From NCBI GenBank assembly GCA_951406725.2, contig OX597815.1:179552001-179616000 (forward strand): DNA of 64,000 nucleotides, read 5' to 3'. Position numbers and translations under genes: made by a program. Below, piece by piece: positions 26,858 to 39,950 of the stretch (its first letter is position 1; each line of letters begins with the position of its first letter). The notes below the pieces were generated by a model, which was not told the DNA's origin, searched no databases, and saw nothing but the letters and a program-made list of their open reading frames with translations. This DNA comes from Octopus vulgaris. Its lineage: Eukaryota.

Positions 26858-27168
26858 CCTTCTCTCATTGTTTCTCTCTCTCGGTCTGTTTAGATGTAGC
26901 ATGGATGAATAAATAAGTTTACTTCGCAAACACGAGTCTTGGGTTCGATCCCAATGCGTTGTAGGTTGATTCTCTTCAATCTCGGATTGCCCCCAAACGC
27001 TGTAAATGTATGTATGTATGTATGTATGTATGTATGTATGTATGTATGTATGTATGTAGTCTAATAGAGGTTGATATATGTATATAAACAAATAGATACC
27101 TAGGTACACATAAGTGAGTGTGTGTGAGTGTGTATGCGTGCGATGCGTCAGCAGAGCTGCAGTCCTAT

Positions 27169-27201
<33 letters not shown>

Positions 27202-27579
27202 TATATATATTAAATGTGCGTGTGTATTTTAAATCTTTCAGCGAGGGATATACAGTAACAAAGCCGAATAGGAAAGTTCATATGCCAACAGAATGTGGCA
27301 GTCCTATAAAGGACGATGTTACTGTTGTTTTAGCCCCAGGAAAACATCTTTTCCAGCTGGCTATTGACACACAATGTTAATCTGATTACACTAAACACGT
27401 ACTGCAACCGCATCACAATCTCTGTCTAAAATTTTAATCATTCCGTGTTGAGCATCAAAACATGCACACACACACACATATACATATACATATACATAAA
27501 CATATATATGTATGTATTTTTTGCCTTATACATATACATACATATATATATATTTATATATATATATTATATATATTTG

Positions 27580-27770
27580 CCATGATAGATCGCTAGCCAC
27601 TAAACATTTTTATTTTCTCTCCCTGTTTATTTCTGTTTTCCTTTCTGTTGAAGAGCGTAGGCTCGAAATGTAAAAGACACTCTCACTTCCCGAGCGTTAA
27701 ACTAATACATATGTTTGTTGTTTACACACCCGTCTTCGTCTTTTATTTGTTTTTTTGGGGAAAATTTTCC
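27580..27770 (+). repeat. Family D short repeat with variant hammerhead fold
   Basis: CTTT-CTGTTGA-A-GAGC-GTAG-GCTC-GAAAT-GTA-AAAG at 27641-27676. Confidence 0.8.
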
Positions 27771-27782
27771 TTACACACACAC

Positions 27783-27822
<40 letters not shown>

Positions 27823-27979
27823 TAATGAAATTTCTTAGCAAACAATATAATTTGAACAAATATTAAAATCGTACAAATTTTATTGTATTTACGCTTCTCG
27901 ATTCAGCACATATAACTTTACATTTGATTACACAATACGACCATAATGTACCAAACTTATACCAAATGCAACACTTCTG

Positions 27980-28011
<32 letters not shown>

Positions 28012-28379
28012 GATATATACAATGCTACTCAGGCGTACACAAGGATATAAATCTGAATTAAAAAAATATTATCGAAATTTCTGAATACATATAAATAATA
28101 TTTACTGAAAGTAAATATATATATCTTCTTCTTCTTCTTCTTCTTCTTCTTCTTCTTCTTCTTCTTCTTCTTCTTCTTCTTCTTCTTCTTCATAAAACCA
28201 TACTCACTCACTCACGCACACATGTATATACGTTATTGTCTGCCTGTATGTATGTATGTGTGTCAGATCTTTCATGAATGCTACTGGAAACATGGAATCC
28301 AGTAAAACCTGTTGCATTGTCTGGTAGTCGCCGACAAAACTGTTACCGCTACCATGCTTGCCTGGTGAGGAAAGCTGCT

Positions 28380-28730
28380 AGACTAAAAACATAACAACCA
28401 GGCAGAAGGACTAATGAATCTAATGTACGTTAAACGAATATCTAGCAATAGTCCGGACCCTCAGAAATTCCGAGTTGATGTTTGGTATGTAAGAAGACGA
28501 TTGTGCGGAGACACCTCTTACCTTTTGTTAAAGCCATTCTGTAGGAGAGGGTTACTCTGATATAAAACTGAACATAAAAGGAATGGCATGGGACATTTTT
28601 GCGTATCTTTTTTTACGTTTGAGTTCATGGCGCTCCCATTTTCTTGAGCTTGCGACTGCTTTATCTTGTCTCTGAATCATGTCAGTGGGTAGAGACGATC
28701 TATGAAATTGTAAGCCTTATTAGAGCTACA
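28380..28730 (-). repeat. Old interspersed repeat homologous to 9200-9592
   Basis: Shared blocks as listed for 9200-9592. Confidence 0.55.
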
Positions 28731-29039
28731 AATTTGCATATACATTGCTTCGCTAGTGCTCGCCAAACTCATCTATGAGTTCATAACCATCGTGTATGCA
28801 TATACAAAGTGTATTTCGCAACACACAGAATAATCGGGGAATTAGGACGTCAGAAATTGGGGCTGGTGAAATCATAGAAATTCTTCGACAACCCTTTCTG
28901 AGTTTTCCAGACGTGTAGCCTTCCAACAGTAACCTTCTCCAGTCAGTGTTTGACCATGCGCTGCAACAGCTTCCTATAGCTGTTTGAATTGTCCTTGAAA
29001 TGAATTGTCGTCCAAATTTTGCAAAAATGAAAATAACAT

Positions 29040-29424
29040 TGACATCTCATTTTAATAGATATATTCATCAAAGTTACATAAAAATATCCTGAAATACTAA
29101 AGACGAAATTTATCCAATAAAATCGCCATTGGCTTCAACCACAGCCTCCAAACGACTTCGGAATCTCCTGCAACTCTTCTGGATGGTCTCCTTGTTTAAG
29201 TTGCCGAATGCTGGTGTTAGGAGCGATGTGGTTGCAGAAATTGATGGATGAGTTCCCTTGCTTGTGTGGCATGGTGCAAAGTTTTGTTGCCAGACATAGG
29301 GTCTTCTAGCAGCCACCATTTTGGCCCAGGGCAGCACTACCTCATCAAGGCCCTTGATGTAGGCGTTCGTGGTGAGTCTGAGGCCTTGTGGGAAAATGAA
29401 TGGAAGCATAGCGTCGCACCCTGT
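29040..29424 (-). mobile_element. Internally deleted Tc1/mariner-superfamily (maT/DD37D-like) element
   Basis: PFIFPQGLRL..PYVWQQNFAPCHTSK..CRRFRSRLEAVVEANGDFI; terminus TA-CAGGGTGCG at 29424. Confidence 0.82.
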
Positions 29425-29973
29425 ACATATATCTATGTGTGTGTCTATGCGCGCGCGTGTTTTCAATATTCTAAAATTTACTTTCCCACCTGAACATGAG
29501 TACTATTCCATATTTAACACCTCTACCCTACTAAAGCTCTCTTACTCTATAGCCAAGACCTCTAACAGAAGAAGACATCCATATCCATACATACTCTGTT
29601 GTAGCTTATTGCAGAGGCTATAGAAGCTCAATGGTTTAAATGTGATAAGAGGCAATATTAGCTGTAGAAAATAACAATTGCAACATTATTTTCTATAACA
29701 ACCCTTGAAATAATAACCTGAATAAAACTTCTGGTAAAATTTTAATTAAAAAAAAAGAATAAAATTAAAAATTACCTAGGACTCATTGCAATATAAGCAT
29801 TGCTGATGCTGATAATAATAATAATTTTTATTATAAGAATTCTCATATATTAATTACAGGAATAAAAATAATAGGAATAATTGTACCAATAGTAAAGTGT
29901 TCAAAGTAGTGTTAATGGGGAAAGTAATAAGCGCAATAATAATTACATGAGTCATATTGATAATATTACTGAT

Positions 29974-30361
29974 GTGGAGGCGCAATGGCACAGTGGTTAG
30001 GGCAGTGAACCTGTTGTCATAGGATCGCGGTTTCGATTCCCAGACCGGGCGTTGTGAGCGTTTATTGAGCGAAAACACCTAAAGCTCCACGAAGCTCCGG
30101 CAGGGAGTGGTGGCGAACCCTGCTGTACTCTTTCACCACAAATTTCTCTCACTCTTTCTTCCTGTATCTGTTGTACCTTTATTTCAAAACGCCAGCCTTG
30201 TCACACTCTGTGTTACGATGAATCTCCCCTAGAACTACGTTAAGGGTACATGTATCTGTTGAGTGCTCTCAGCCACTTGCACGTTAATTTCACGAGCAGG
30301 CTGTCCGTTGATCGAACCAACTGGAACCCTCGTCGTTGTAATCGGCGGAGCGCCGTAGTAG
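29974..30361 (+). mobile_element. SINE family C, long tail (C2)
   Basis: A box TGGCACAGTGG, B box GGTTTCGATTCCC, full tail; TSD remnant ATTACTG. Confidence 0.93.
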
Positions 30362-31273
30362 ATTACTGGTATTTGAAGAAGAATAGGGAAATTAGCAATA
30401 AACACATCAAGTCTAATGGTTATTTAATAAATCTTACAAATAATTGCAATAGTGGAGGATCCAAAAATTGCCCTTTACGTGCTCATTACTTGCAATATAA
30501 AGTTGTTTATAGATGCACTTTTACATTGAGGAGCAATAAAAATTTTATTGGATCTCTCACTGATTTGAAGTAACGAAATTAGCTCATGTCAGTTTATTTT
30601 TTATAATATTAACTGCAAAACTTCCACCTCATTAGTAAATTATATCCATTACTTCAAGGCAAATAACATTTTATGTAATATTACCTCGTCTATTATTAGG
30701 ACTAGGAGACTTTAATAAGATGGTTGCACTACATGCAATCTGTTCAGCAGGCAATATCTGGGAATATTAAGGCGAGAATAGAAATTCTCCGTAACAAACA
30801 GCTTGGCGAAATAATATTCTGCAGGCATCGATTTTAAAAAAAAAACCTAATTACATTTTACCACAAGCCAATACTCTCCAATCGCCTTCGGTAACTACCA
30901 GCCAATATTTATACGTAACATCCTTGTCCTAGATTCTATATACCTTCCTTCATCTATTGACATGTATAAATTGGGTCTGTTATAATTATGGCATTCTTAT
31001 ATTTTTATGATATCTTAAATTCTCAGTTTCTCTTTATAGTTATTCAATAATCTTTTTCATTGGCATCTTTATATATTTTCTAATTTACTTTGTATTCTTC
31101 ATTTTTATCTACTTATTAATTTATTTCTTTGTCGGTCTTTTTTTAATTTCTTTACACCTGTATTTCTTTACACTAGTAAAAATCTAATTCATAGAATACT
31201 GCGTAGAATTTACTATACATAATACAGTGTATCATGCCGAAAAGAATACAGTCTATAAAAGAAATGTATATAT

Positions 31274-31682
31274 AGGCGCAGGAGTGGCTGTGTGGTAAGT
31301 AGATTGCTTCCCAACCACATGGTCCCGGATTCAGTCTCACTGCGTGGCACTTTGGGCAAGTGTCTTCTACTATAGCCTAGAGCCGACCAAAGTCTGTGAG
31401 TGGATTTGGTAGACGGAAACTGAAAGAAGCCCATCATATATATATATATATATATATGTGGGGGGTGTTTCTGTCTGTCCTTCCCCCAAACATCGCTTGA
31501 CAACCGATGCTGATGCGTTTACGTCCCCGTAATTTAGCGGTTCGGCAAAAAAACCCTGATAAAATAAGTACTAGGCTTACAAGGAATATAAGTCCTGGGG
31601 TCGATTTGCTCGACTAGAGGTGGTGCTCCAGCACGGCCGCCCGCAGTCAAATGACTGAAACAAGTAAAAGAATGAAAGAATA
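31274..31682 (+). mobile_element. SINE family A
   Basis: Full-length copy. Confidence 0.93.
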
Positions 31683-32159
31683 CGTAGTGCAATATAATTT
31701 AAAGGGTGCAATATTGTTTCTTAAGTAGTACAATCCAGTTTATAAGATAATTTCTAGATTAGAATTTACGGCATTTGTACAATATATTTTTCACGAGTTT
31801 CATTCAAAGAAATTTCTTAAGAATCATAAAAAAAGATATCTATATTGTGTTTTTCAGAATTTTATCTTACGTGTGTACTGGCGCAGATTTTATTTGTCTA
31901 TAACTCTCTTTGTATTCACATATTGATCAATCGAGTTTCTTTCACCATCTCCCACTCTGTCTTTCTCTTTTACAATATGTGTGTGCATGTACATATATAC
32001 ACTATGTATATGATATATATATATATATGGTGGCTGCGCCCTCGTTATCGAGTATGGCCATTGCACAAAGCTTAATCAATGTTGTTATCGTGCAATGACT
32101 GTGCAAGAAGATTGTACTGGGTTTACATGTTACCAGTAGCACTCGAAAGTGATCTGACA

Positions 32160-32218
<59 letters not shown>

Positions 32219-32325
32219 GTGTGTCTATATATGCTTATGTATATATATATATATATTTATATATATATGAATGTAAGCATTTATACATATACATACGTAC
32301 ATACATACACACACACATATGTATG

Positions 32326-32394
<69 letters not shown>

Positions 32395-32399
<5 letters not shown>

Positions 32400-32700
32400 A
32401 GTATCACAGTATCAATCAGACCATAAGATGCAGTTATACACCGCTGGTCACAATACACTTCCAATACTATCTTGATGGCGACCTTCTTTTCAATCATGAC
32501 CCAAACTGCTTAACAAAATCATCTTCCCATCGTTGTGGTGGCCTTCCAAGTAACCTTTTCCTATCTCTCGGTTACCACTTGACAACTCTACAGGTCTTCC
32601 TGCTGTTTGTGAACCTTCCGACACATCCCGCTTAGCGGAATCTGCGCTTTCGCTATTTTGCAATCACATCGTTCACTCCATTCCATTCTCGAACTATCAC
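32395..32700 (-). mobile_element. RTE-clade LINE 3' end
   Basis: Minus strand GVNDVI..R*AGCVGR..W*PRDRKRLLGRPPQRWEDD, a typical RTE C-terminus, then a short tail ending (ACTGTGAT)2. Confidence 0.85.
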
Positions 32701-33184
32701 ATTTCAATTATGTGTGTACACACACGCACACACACACACAGACACACACACACACTCACACACACGCACACACACACACACATATTGCCTTTGCCAATAT
32801 AGGTATATTATACAGCTTGTTCAAAATGTCTCTCCACAGTAAGTATTTTATTGCAAAATAAATATAAGATGGTATAAGACTGCAAAAGAATATATTAGAC
32901 TGTTCACGTTTTTTTTTTAAAGTCCTGTACCCACATGTACATGTATATATACATATATATGTAGGTATGTACATATATGTATGTATATATGCATATATAA
33001 ATATATTCACACATAACAGACAAAAACACCTTCTTCCAGAAATTGTCTGTAAAACTTAAATCTGATAAATCTCAATGAACGAAGCGAAAGCGCTAATAAA
33101 TATTTATCCAGAATTCTGGCTACCTCTTTTGTTTCTCAATATATAGAATCTGAAAGGCGGCGAGCTGGCAGAATCGTTAGTGGA

Positions 33185-33350
33185 TATTCCAAAGGAAACT
33201 AGGTTCCGTTTACCAGCTGATGATCGGAAATGAGTAAAAATCTTGAGAAACTGAGAATCGGAGCCTTTCGGGTTATAATCTATTAAAGAACGCTCTATGT
33301 TTGCATTGAGTCCTGTGATTTATTGCTTCTGGTGAATCAACAAAGTGCTA
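33185..33350 (+). repeat. Decayed PLE-type terminal repeat with hammerhead remnant
   Basis: CAG-CTGATGA-TCGG...CTTGA-GAAAC, with a degenerate stem III and cleavage site. Confidence 0.4.
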
Positions 33351-33433
33351 TACACGCATGCCTACATATACACACGAAGAAAAAGAAAACAGACATGCAT
33401 GCATACATACATATATATGTATGTAAGTATATT

Positions 33434-33527
<94 letters not shown>

Positions 33528-33810
33528 AATGTTCACAAAATCCTAAATTTTATTTAATTTGCTTTGCGGGAGCAACTGTTTTATCGAAAGCGTATATTGT
33601 TGTTAAATGCTCGAAATACGAGACAAGAAAAACTACCAGCGACTGATGAAGGGTCGTTCTTTATGTTGTTTGTTTTGTTTTCCAGCTATGTCTTTCGTTG
33701 TTCCAAAGAACAGTTCATGTCCCATGTACTAGTGCTTTGTATATTTTTGTTGTACACGTTTCGTGACGTCCTGTGCACACACGCACACACACACACATAC
33801 ACACACACAT

Positions 33811-33874
<64 letters not shown>

Positions 33875-33876
<2 letters not shown>

Positions 33877-34156
33877 AGGCGCAATGGCCCAGTGGTTAGG
33901 GCAGCGGACTCGCGGTCGTAGGATCGCGGTTTCGTTGTGAGTATTTATTGAGCGAAAACACCTAAAAACTCCACGAGGCTCCGGCAGGGTGTGGTAATCC
34001 CTGCTGTACTCTTTCACCACTCTTTCTCCCACTCTTTCTTCTCTTGGCCTGCTCGCTTAGCCAGCGGGGTAGCGTCATTCGAAGGCTAAAACAATGCGAA
34101 CGCATTGTGACCAGCGATGTGTAAAACAACATCTGATGGTCTGGTCGGTCACGTGA
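33875..34156 (+). mobile_element. SINE family C, short tail (C1)
   Basis: Homologous to 1392-1705; inserted in (TA)n. Confidence 0.92.
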
Positions 34157-34549
34157 CATATATATATACTTATACATACATATATGTATGTGTTTCAGAA
34201 GTAGTATTACACTTGAGCACTGTATACAATAAGCTCGCGCGTGTGTGTGTGTGTGTGTGTGTGTGTGTCTGGCTGTGTGTGTGTGGCTGTATCTGTGTGT
34301 TTGAGTATAAATGTTACTGTTTATACAAAGGAGAGGATGACACTATTCAAATCAGCCTACTTCACCGTGAACAGCTATCACTTTCATTGGATAATTTCGA
34401 AATATATTATTGTTTTTTGCGTGCTGTTTTTTGTTTTGTTATTTTTTTTCTTCTTTTGATGTATTCTTTCACCGGTCAATTCATTGGTTGTTTTACTTCA
34501 TTTACCCTTGTCCAGTGTTAAGTTCCATTCTTCCTGATTATCATTATTG

Positions 34550-36125
34550 TTGTTGCTTTTATTGACGTCGTGGGAGTCTGTCCGCTATCGTGAAATTTCC
34601 TTCTTGTATTTGTTCGTTTTTTCTGGGGTTTTTTTTTTTTCGTAACTGATATCTCTGAATTTTATTCTTTTTCAATGACCAATTGTTTAGTCACTTTGTT
34701 TTATTGACTGATATGAATTATTGTTCTCGTGGGATCATCATTTCCATTCCTCAAAAAAGCTATTTATCAAGATTGAAATTCAGACGAGATTTTTCTTTTA
34801 AAATAAATTTATCACGAGTCCTGCAACTTCACACGGCTTTCTTCCTCCTGTTGAGCACGTATATTCCCTATATCATTATGCAGTGCTTTTACGGTGCTCG
34901 AGAAAGATGCACGGAACCATTTATATAAGCTATAACACTATCCTTTAATACTGCCTTCTCATTTACATCTATAATATTCACTATATGTTCCACACGTTGC
35001 TTTATAGTGCTTTTGCATTCCCTCTGTATATAATGTAAAACGAATGTGTCTGTTGGGTATATCCATTTTGAAAGTCTCACCCTTACGACAATATAAATGT
35101 TATCGATTTTTCCTCTTGTAGCACCGTTTTTGTATTGATTACCGCAGCAAGCATACTTTGAGCCATTGTAGTAACATCTGTTTTCGTTTGTGGACAGTGT
35201 GCTTTTATTTGGTTATTACTAGCTTAGATGGTGAGTTTCTTCGCGTTCGAATAATGTATCGTGTTTTATGGTCGACTTGGTAGTGTTACGGTGATTGTAT
35301 TAGGGCTTTGTATAGGGCGACGAGCTGGCAGAAACGTTAGCACGCCGGGCTAAATGCTTAGCGGTATTTCGTCTGCCGATACGTTCTGAGTTCAAATTCC
35401 GCCGAGGTCGACTTTGCCTGTCATCCTTTCGGGGTCAATTAAATAAGTACCAGTTACGCACTGGGGTCGATATAGTCGACTTAATGCCTTTGTTTATCCT
35501 TGTTTATCCTCTCTGTGTTTAACCCCTTGTGGGTAGTAAAGAAATAGGTATTAGGGCCTTGTATCACATATATTGCTGTATTTAATGTGGATAGTTGATT
35601 GAACCAGGACTTATGTCTTCATCCAGGGCTGCTTGCACTTTGGCTCTGCATTCTCATTGTTCTTTCTACAATATAAGATATCATTACAGGGTGGCGCTGC
35701 TTTCCCGAATATTGCTTTCTTAGAACATCATGGAGTTCGCCAGCTGAAGTTCATCGCTAGTTTTCACTTTTTTTATTACTGAAGGTGGAAGATTGGATTG
35801 TTTCGTTATATATAAAGATATTGTGTTCGGTCCTAATATGGTTAAGGTTTTTGCTGGGGCTATGTCTAGTACTATGTCTAGGAAATTACCGATGTATACG
35901 TTGGTTCGGTTAATTGTTTCCCTCCAACTGTGTCTAGTTTTCGTCCGTCGGTATGTTGGAGTTTGCTGGCACATCTCCGTATACTCCTTATCAAGATTAT
36001 CTTTGGATGCTCCTTTTTTTCTCTCGTATATAAAAGTTTGGGGACGATACCGTCTAGGATTTGTTTGCACACCATATCAATTTCCAGTTTGATCGGGGTC
36101 CTACGTTATCTTCTTTGCATGCCGC

Positions 36126-36130
<5 letters not shown>
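34550..36130 (-). mobile_element. Decayed Penelope-like element (RT C-terminus and GIY-YIG remnant)
   Basis: NFLDIVLD...LYITKQSNLPPSVIK (PLE RT domain 7/thumb) at 35720-36070; YIQRECKSTIKQRVEH (YIG-T..KQR..H-like) near 34990-35035. Interrupted by a SINE. Confidence 0.75.
35314..35547 (+). mobile_element. SINE family B inserted in the PLE
   Basis: 17-bp TSD GTATTAGGGC(T/C)TTGTAT at 35297-35313 and 35548-35564. Confidence 0.95.
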
Positions 36131-36131
<1 letters not shown>

Positions 36132-36189
<58 letters not shown>

Positions 36190-36318
36190 TGTATGTATGT
36201 ATGTATGTATATATGCATGCATGTATATATATATATATATGTATGTATATATATGTTTGTATGTATGTATATGTATGTATGTATATATATATGTATGCAT
36301 GCATATATATATATGTAT

Positions 36319-36355
<37 letters not shown>

Positions 36356-36393
36356 CAAAACACACTCAGACACAATACACACTCACACACACT

Positions 36394-36425
<32 letters not shown>

Positions 36426-36426
36426 T
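36132..36426. repeat. Compound (TA)n/(TATG)n/(CA)n microsatellite
   Basis: Direct inspection. Confidence 0.97.
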
Positions 36427-37935
36427 GTACATTCGCATTTAATAGTTTTTATTCGGTTAGGCCGTCTTATATTTTGTTCCATATCTCTACACCTATTTTA
36501 TTTTACAGAACTCTTTTATGAATTATAAATTTAAAGATGCATTTTTGGCGATACAACTTCTGGTTATTCTTAGAACCATTTGTGTTTGGCATTCGCATGT
36601 AAAACGAAAGGTGACAAACAAGGCTTGCATCCAAAATGCACAATCAAATATCTCAATCAAAAGAACAGAAATTGTGTAAACGGGAAAAAAGCGGAACTTA
36701 AAAATAATATTGACGTAAGCTACATCACTTATAAACTTAAATTTTATGCATTTTTCTGTTAGAGGTGGAGCATAATGATTTCAGATGCTGATGGTATCCG
36801 ACAATTTAAGAGAAAATAAATACACAAATAAATATATAAACGAAATGATCTGGAAAAGTTTGAGCTTTACGATTTCATTGCTATTTAAATGGAAAGTAGA
36901 ATGAAAGTTAAATTGGCTTTTAATTTTTGAACTATTTCACAGTCGATTGGCATAAAACATTTCATACGTGAATAAATATCCATAAGCATCATTCAGTGTC
37001 GAATAAATGGAGCTGTGTCATTCTAATCGAAGAGTAAAGTGAATGCTAAGAGCCTGCCAGTAATATTACTAATAAAGTTACCAGAATCATAAACGATAAA
37101 TAGAAGACTTTTAATAAGTACTCCAGTTCAGAATTTCCTCTAAAAAGGCTTTCTCAGTAATCGGGACAATATACCAGATCTGATGTTTAGGCTAACCGGA
37201 AAAATTAGAATTTTTTTCATCTCAGACAGAATCTGACATAAACTTCTGTAGATTCACGTAGGTTTCTGTAGATTTCTGTTGACATAAGTTTCTGTAGAAT
37301 TTTAATTGTGTGTCACTTTGTAGCGCATTATTATCAGTTTTTTTTAGTCATTCATTCTTAGCTGTTTGTGTTAGCCATCTACTGCTCAGTACTAATGCAT
37401 ATATGAATATCGGTATCCTGAATAAAGTATCATCCCATCTGACTTGGGCGAGTGTTGCAACAAATATGTCGTGTCGACGCACAGCTGGTGACTCTCAGCT
37501 ACTCTATCGACTCAGCTCTCAGCGGATTCAAACGTATTCAGTATGAGCGTTGTGCGTTTAGTGTTCTGCATGTCTTTATATGAATGGACGTATGGTAAGT
37601 AACACTATACTCATCAACATTACGATGATGAGTAAGCAAGGCAAACCTTCATGTAAGTCACCGGGCGTGTCAGAATAGCAGCCGGAATATCTTTAAACCT
37701 TATGCTAATGCTCTGAAAAGCAAACAAAATAAGTTAATCTCATTCACAATGTACCAGCACACGTTCTCTCTCTACACACACACTCACGCGTACGCACGCA
37801 GACACCACACACACATAAACAAATAACAACGGATGGATAGTGGTTCACTTGCTACAGCTGTTTCAGACGTGTCATTTTTTACATCATGCGAAAAGAATAA
37901 AATTATTTTATCGGGTGAATATATGTACAAAATAA

Positions 37936-37970
<35 letters not shown>

Positions 37971-37971
37971 C

Positions 37972-38372
37972 TCTCTTTACTCTTTTACTTGTTTCAGTCA
38001 TTTGACTGCGGCCATGCTGGAGCACCGCCTTTAATCGAGCAACACGACCCCGGGGCTTATTCTTTTGTAAGCCCAGTACTTATTCTATCGGTCTTTTTTG
38101 CCGAACTGCTAAGTAACGGGGACATAAACACACCAGCATCGATTGTCAAGCAATGCTAGGAGGACAAACACACTCACACAAACACACACACGCATACATA
38201 TATATACATATATACGACGGGTTTCTTTTCAGTTTCCGTCTACCAAATCCACTCACAAGGCTTTGGTCGGCCCGAGGCTATAGCAGAAGACACTATCCCA
38301 AGGTGCCACGCAGTAGGACTGAACCCGAAACCATGTGGTTGGTAAACAAGCTACTTACCACACAGTCACTCC
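37972..38372 (-). mobile_element. SINE family A
   Basis: Full-length reverse complement. Confidence 0.92.
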
Positions 38373-38423
<51 letters not shown>

Positions 38424-38602
38424 AGAAAGAGAAAGAGAGAGAGAGCATCAGTACTATGAGAAATTAGGCCTTGATTGTACACGTAGTTCACCGAGAAGAA
38501 GCTAGTTCTTCCTTACACACACATATACATATGAACATATATGCATATAGGTTAGTCATGCGAATAAGTACAATTAGTCTCATTTCTATTTGCATCACTA
38601 CC

Positions 38603-38835
38603 TATTTCTTTACTACCCACAAGGAGCTAAACACAGAGAGGACAAACAAGGACAGACAAACGGGTTAAGTCGATTATATCGACCCCAGTGCGTAACTGGT
38701 ACTTATTTAATCGACCCCGAAAGGATGAAAGGAAAAGTCGACCTCGGCGGAATTTGAACTCAGAACGTAACGGCAGACAAAATACGGCTACGCATTTCGC
38801 CCGGCGTGCTAACGATTCTGCCAGCTCGCCGCCTG
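38603..38835 (-). mobile_element. SINE family B
   Basis: 15-bp TSD ATTTGCATCACTACC at 38588-38602 and 38836-38850. Confidence 0.95.
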
Positions 38836-39779
38836 ATTTGCATCACTACCGCCATATCGGCCCGTCTTAGATTTCTCTTCTAGTCACTTTTGACGCTGTG
38901 GACTTAGTCCTGGATGACGGTTTCTGAGTTCAAGTTGAAATTCATTTGAGGACCACCTCGTGGTTTCTACACTGAACATATGGTCTGTATGAGCGTGTGT
39001 GCGTGTCTATGAGCGTGAGTAAACACATACCCATGTACGTACGAACATTTGAATTGACTTTACTAGTCTATCCAGCAACTTCACATGATGATAATTCTAA
39101 ATGTTTGAGACACATTTATTTGTGTTTTTAACTGTAAGAACACAATAGCATTAAATTATGCTCAATAAAATAAAATGCGAAGGAAAAGAAACAAATACAA
39201 GAAATAACTTTGATTTCGCCGAAAACTTTATATTAATAATAGAATTAATTATTTTCGCAGATGAATAAAGATGATAACATTTGACAGTACAAATATTTAC
39301 AGAAGTGAATAATGGAATCCGATTTACGTGCAAAATAGTTTAATCCATGGAACATAATTATTTTAATGTAAACGTAATTGCAGCATGTTTAGTTTGGTAT
39401 TTCCATGTTAGTTCTTGTCAAATATAATCTATTTTTACTTCCTTGTTCTATTCAAGTTCTTCAATGTGCACTCTGCGTAACAATGCAGTTACTTAAACTT
39501 CATCTGTCAATTGTTTCATGCTTTTAAGTGTTTCATTTCCTATCAATGGTATCTCTCACATTTTAGATATCGCTCCTTAACCATCGTAGTTTTATTCGTC
39601 AGTAAATATTACAACGTAAGTTTTCTCATGTTCATAGTCACCATCAAATATTACTAACCGATGAGAGTTTTTAATGAGTAAAGTATTGGATTTATTCATT
39701 CAGAAAGACCGATTCAGCTGAGGGTGAAATGGTTTTATTCTCTTCAGTTCTTTCTTCAGTATCAATTTATATTTCTTTC

Positions 39780-39950
39780 CAATTTTGGAACAAGAGTAAT
39801 GGGTAAGTCGATCATATCGATACCACAGCTCAACCGACACTTTTTTATCGACTCCGAAAGGACGAAAGACCAAGTCTAACTCAACAGTATTTGAACTTAG
39901 AACATAAGGCTGAACATTTTGTCTGATGTATTAACAATTCTGCAAAGACG
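39780..39950 (-). mobile_element. Old degenerate SINE family B
   Basis: ATCGACTCCGAAAGGACGAAAG..TTTGAACTTAGAAC. Confidence 0.65.

Noticed and set aside
33640-33730. CTGATGA followed by a long hairpin
   Set aside because: No GAAA or cleavage triplet follows; at most a decayed PLE end.
37361-37600. Plus-strand exon with ATG|GTAAGT donor
   Set aside because: No convincing open frame or partner exon.
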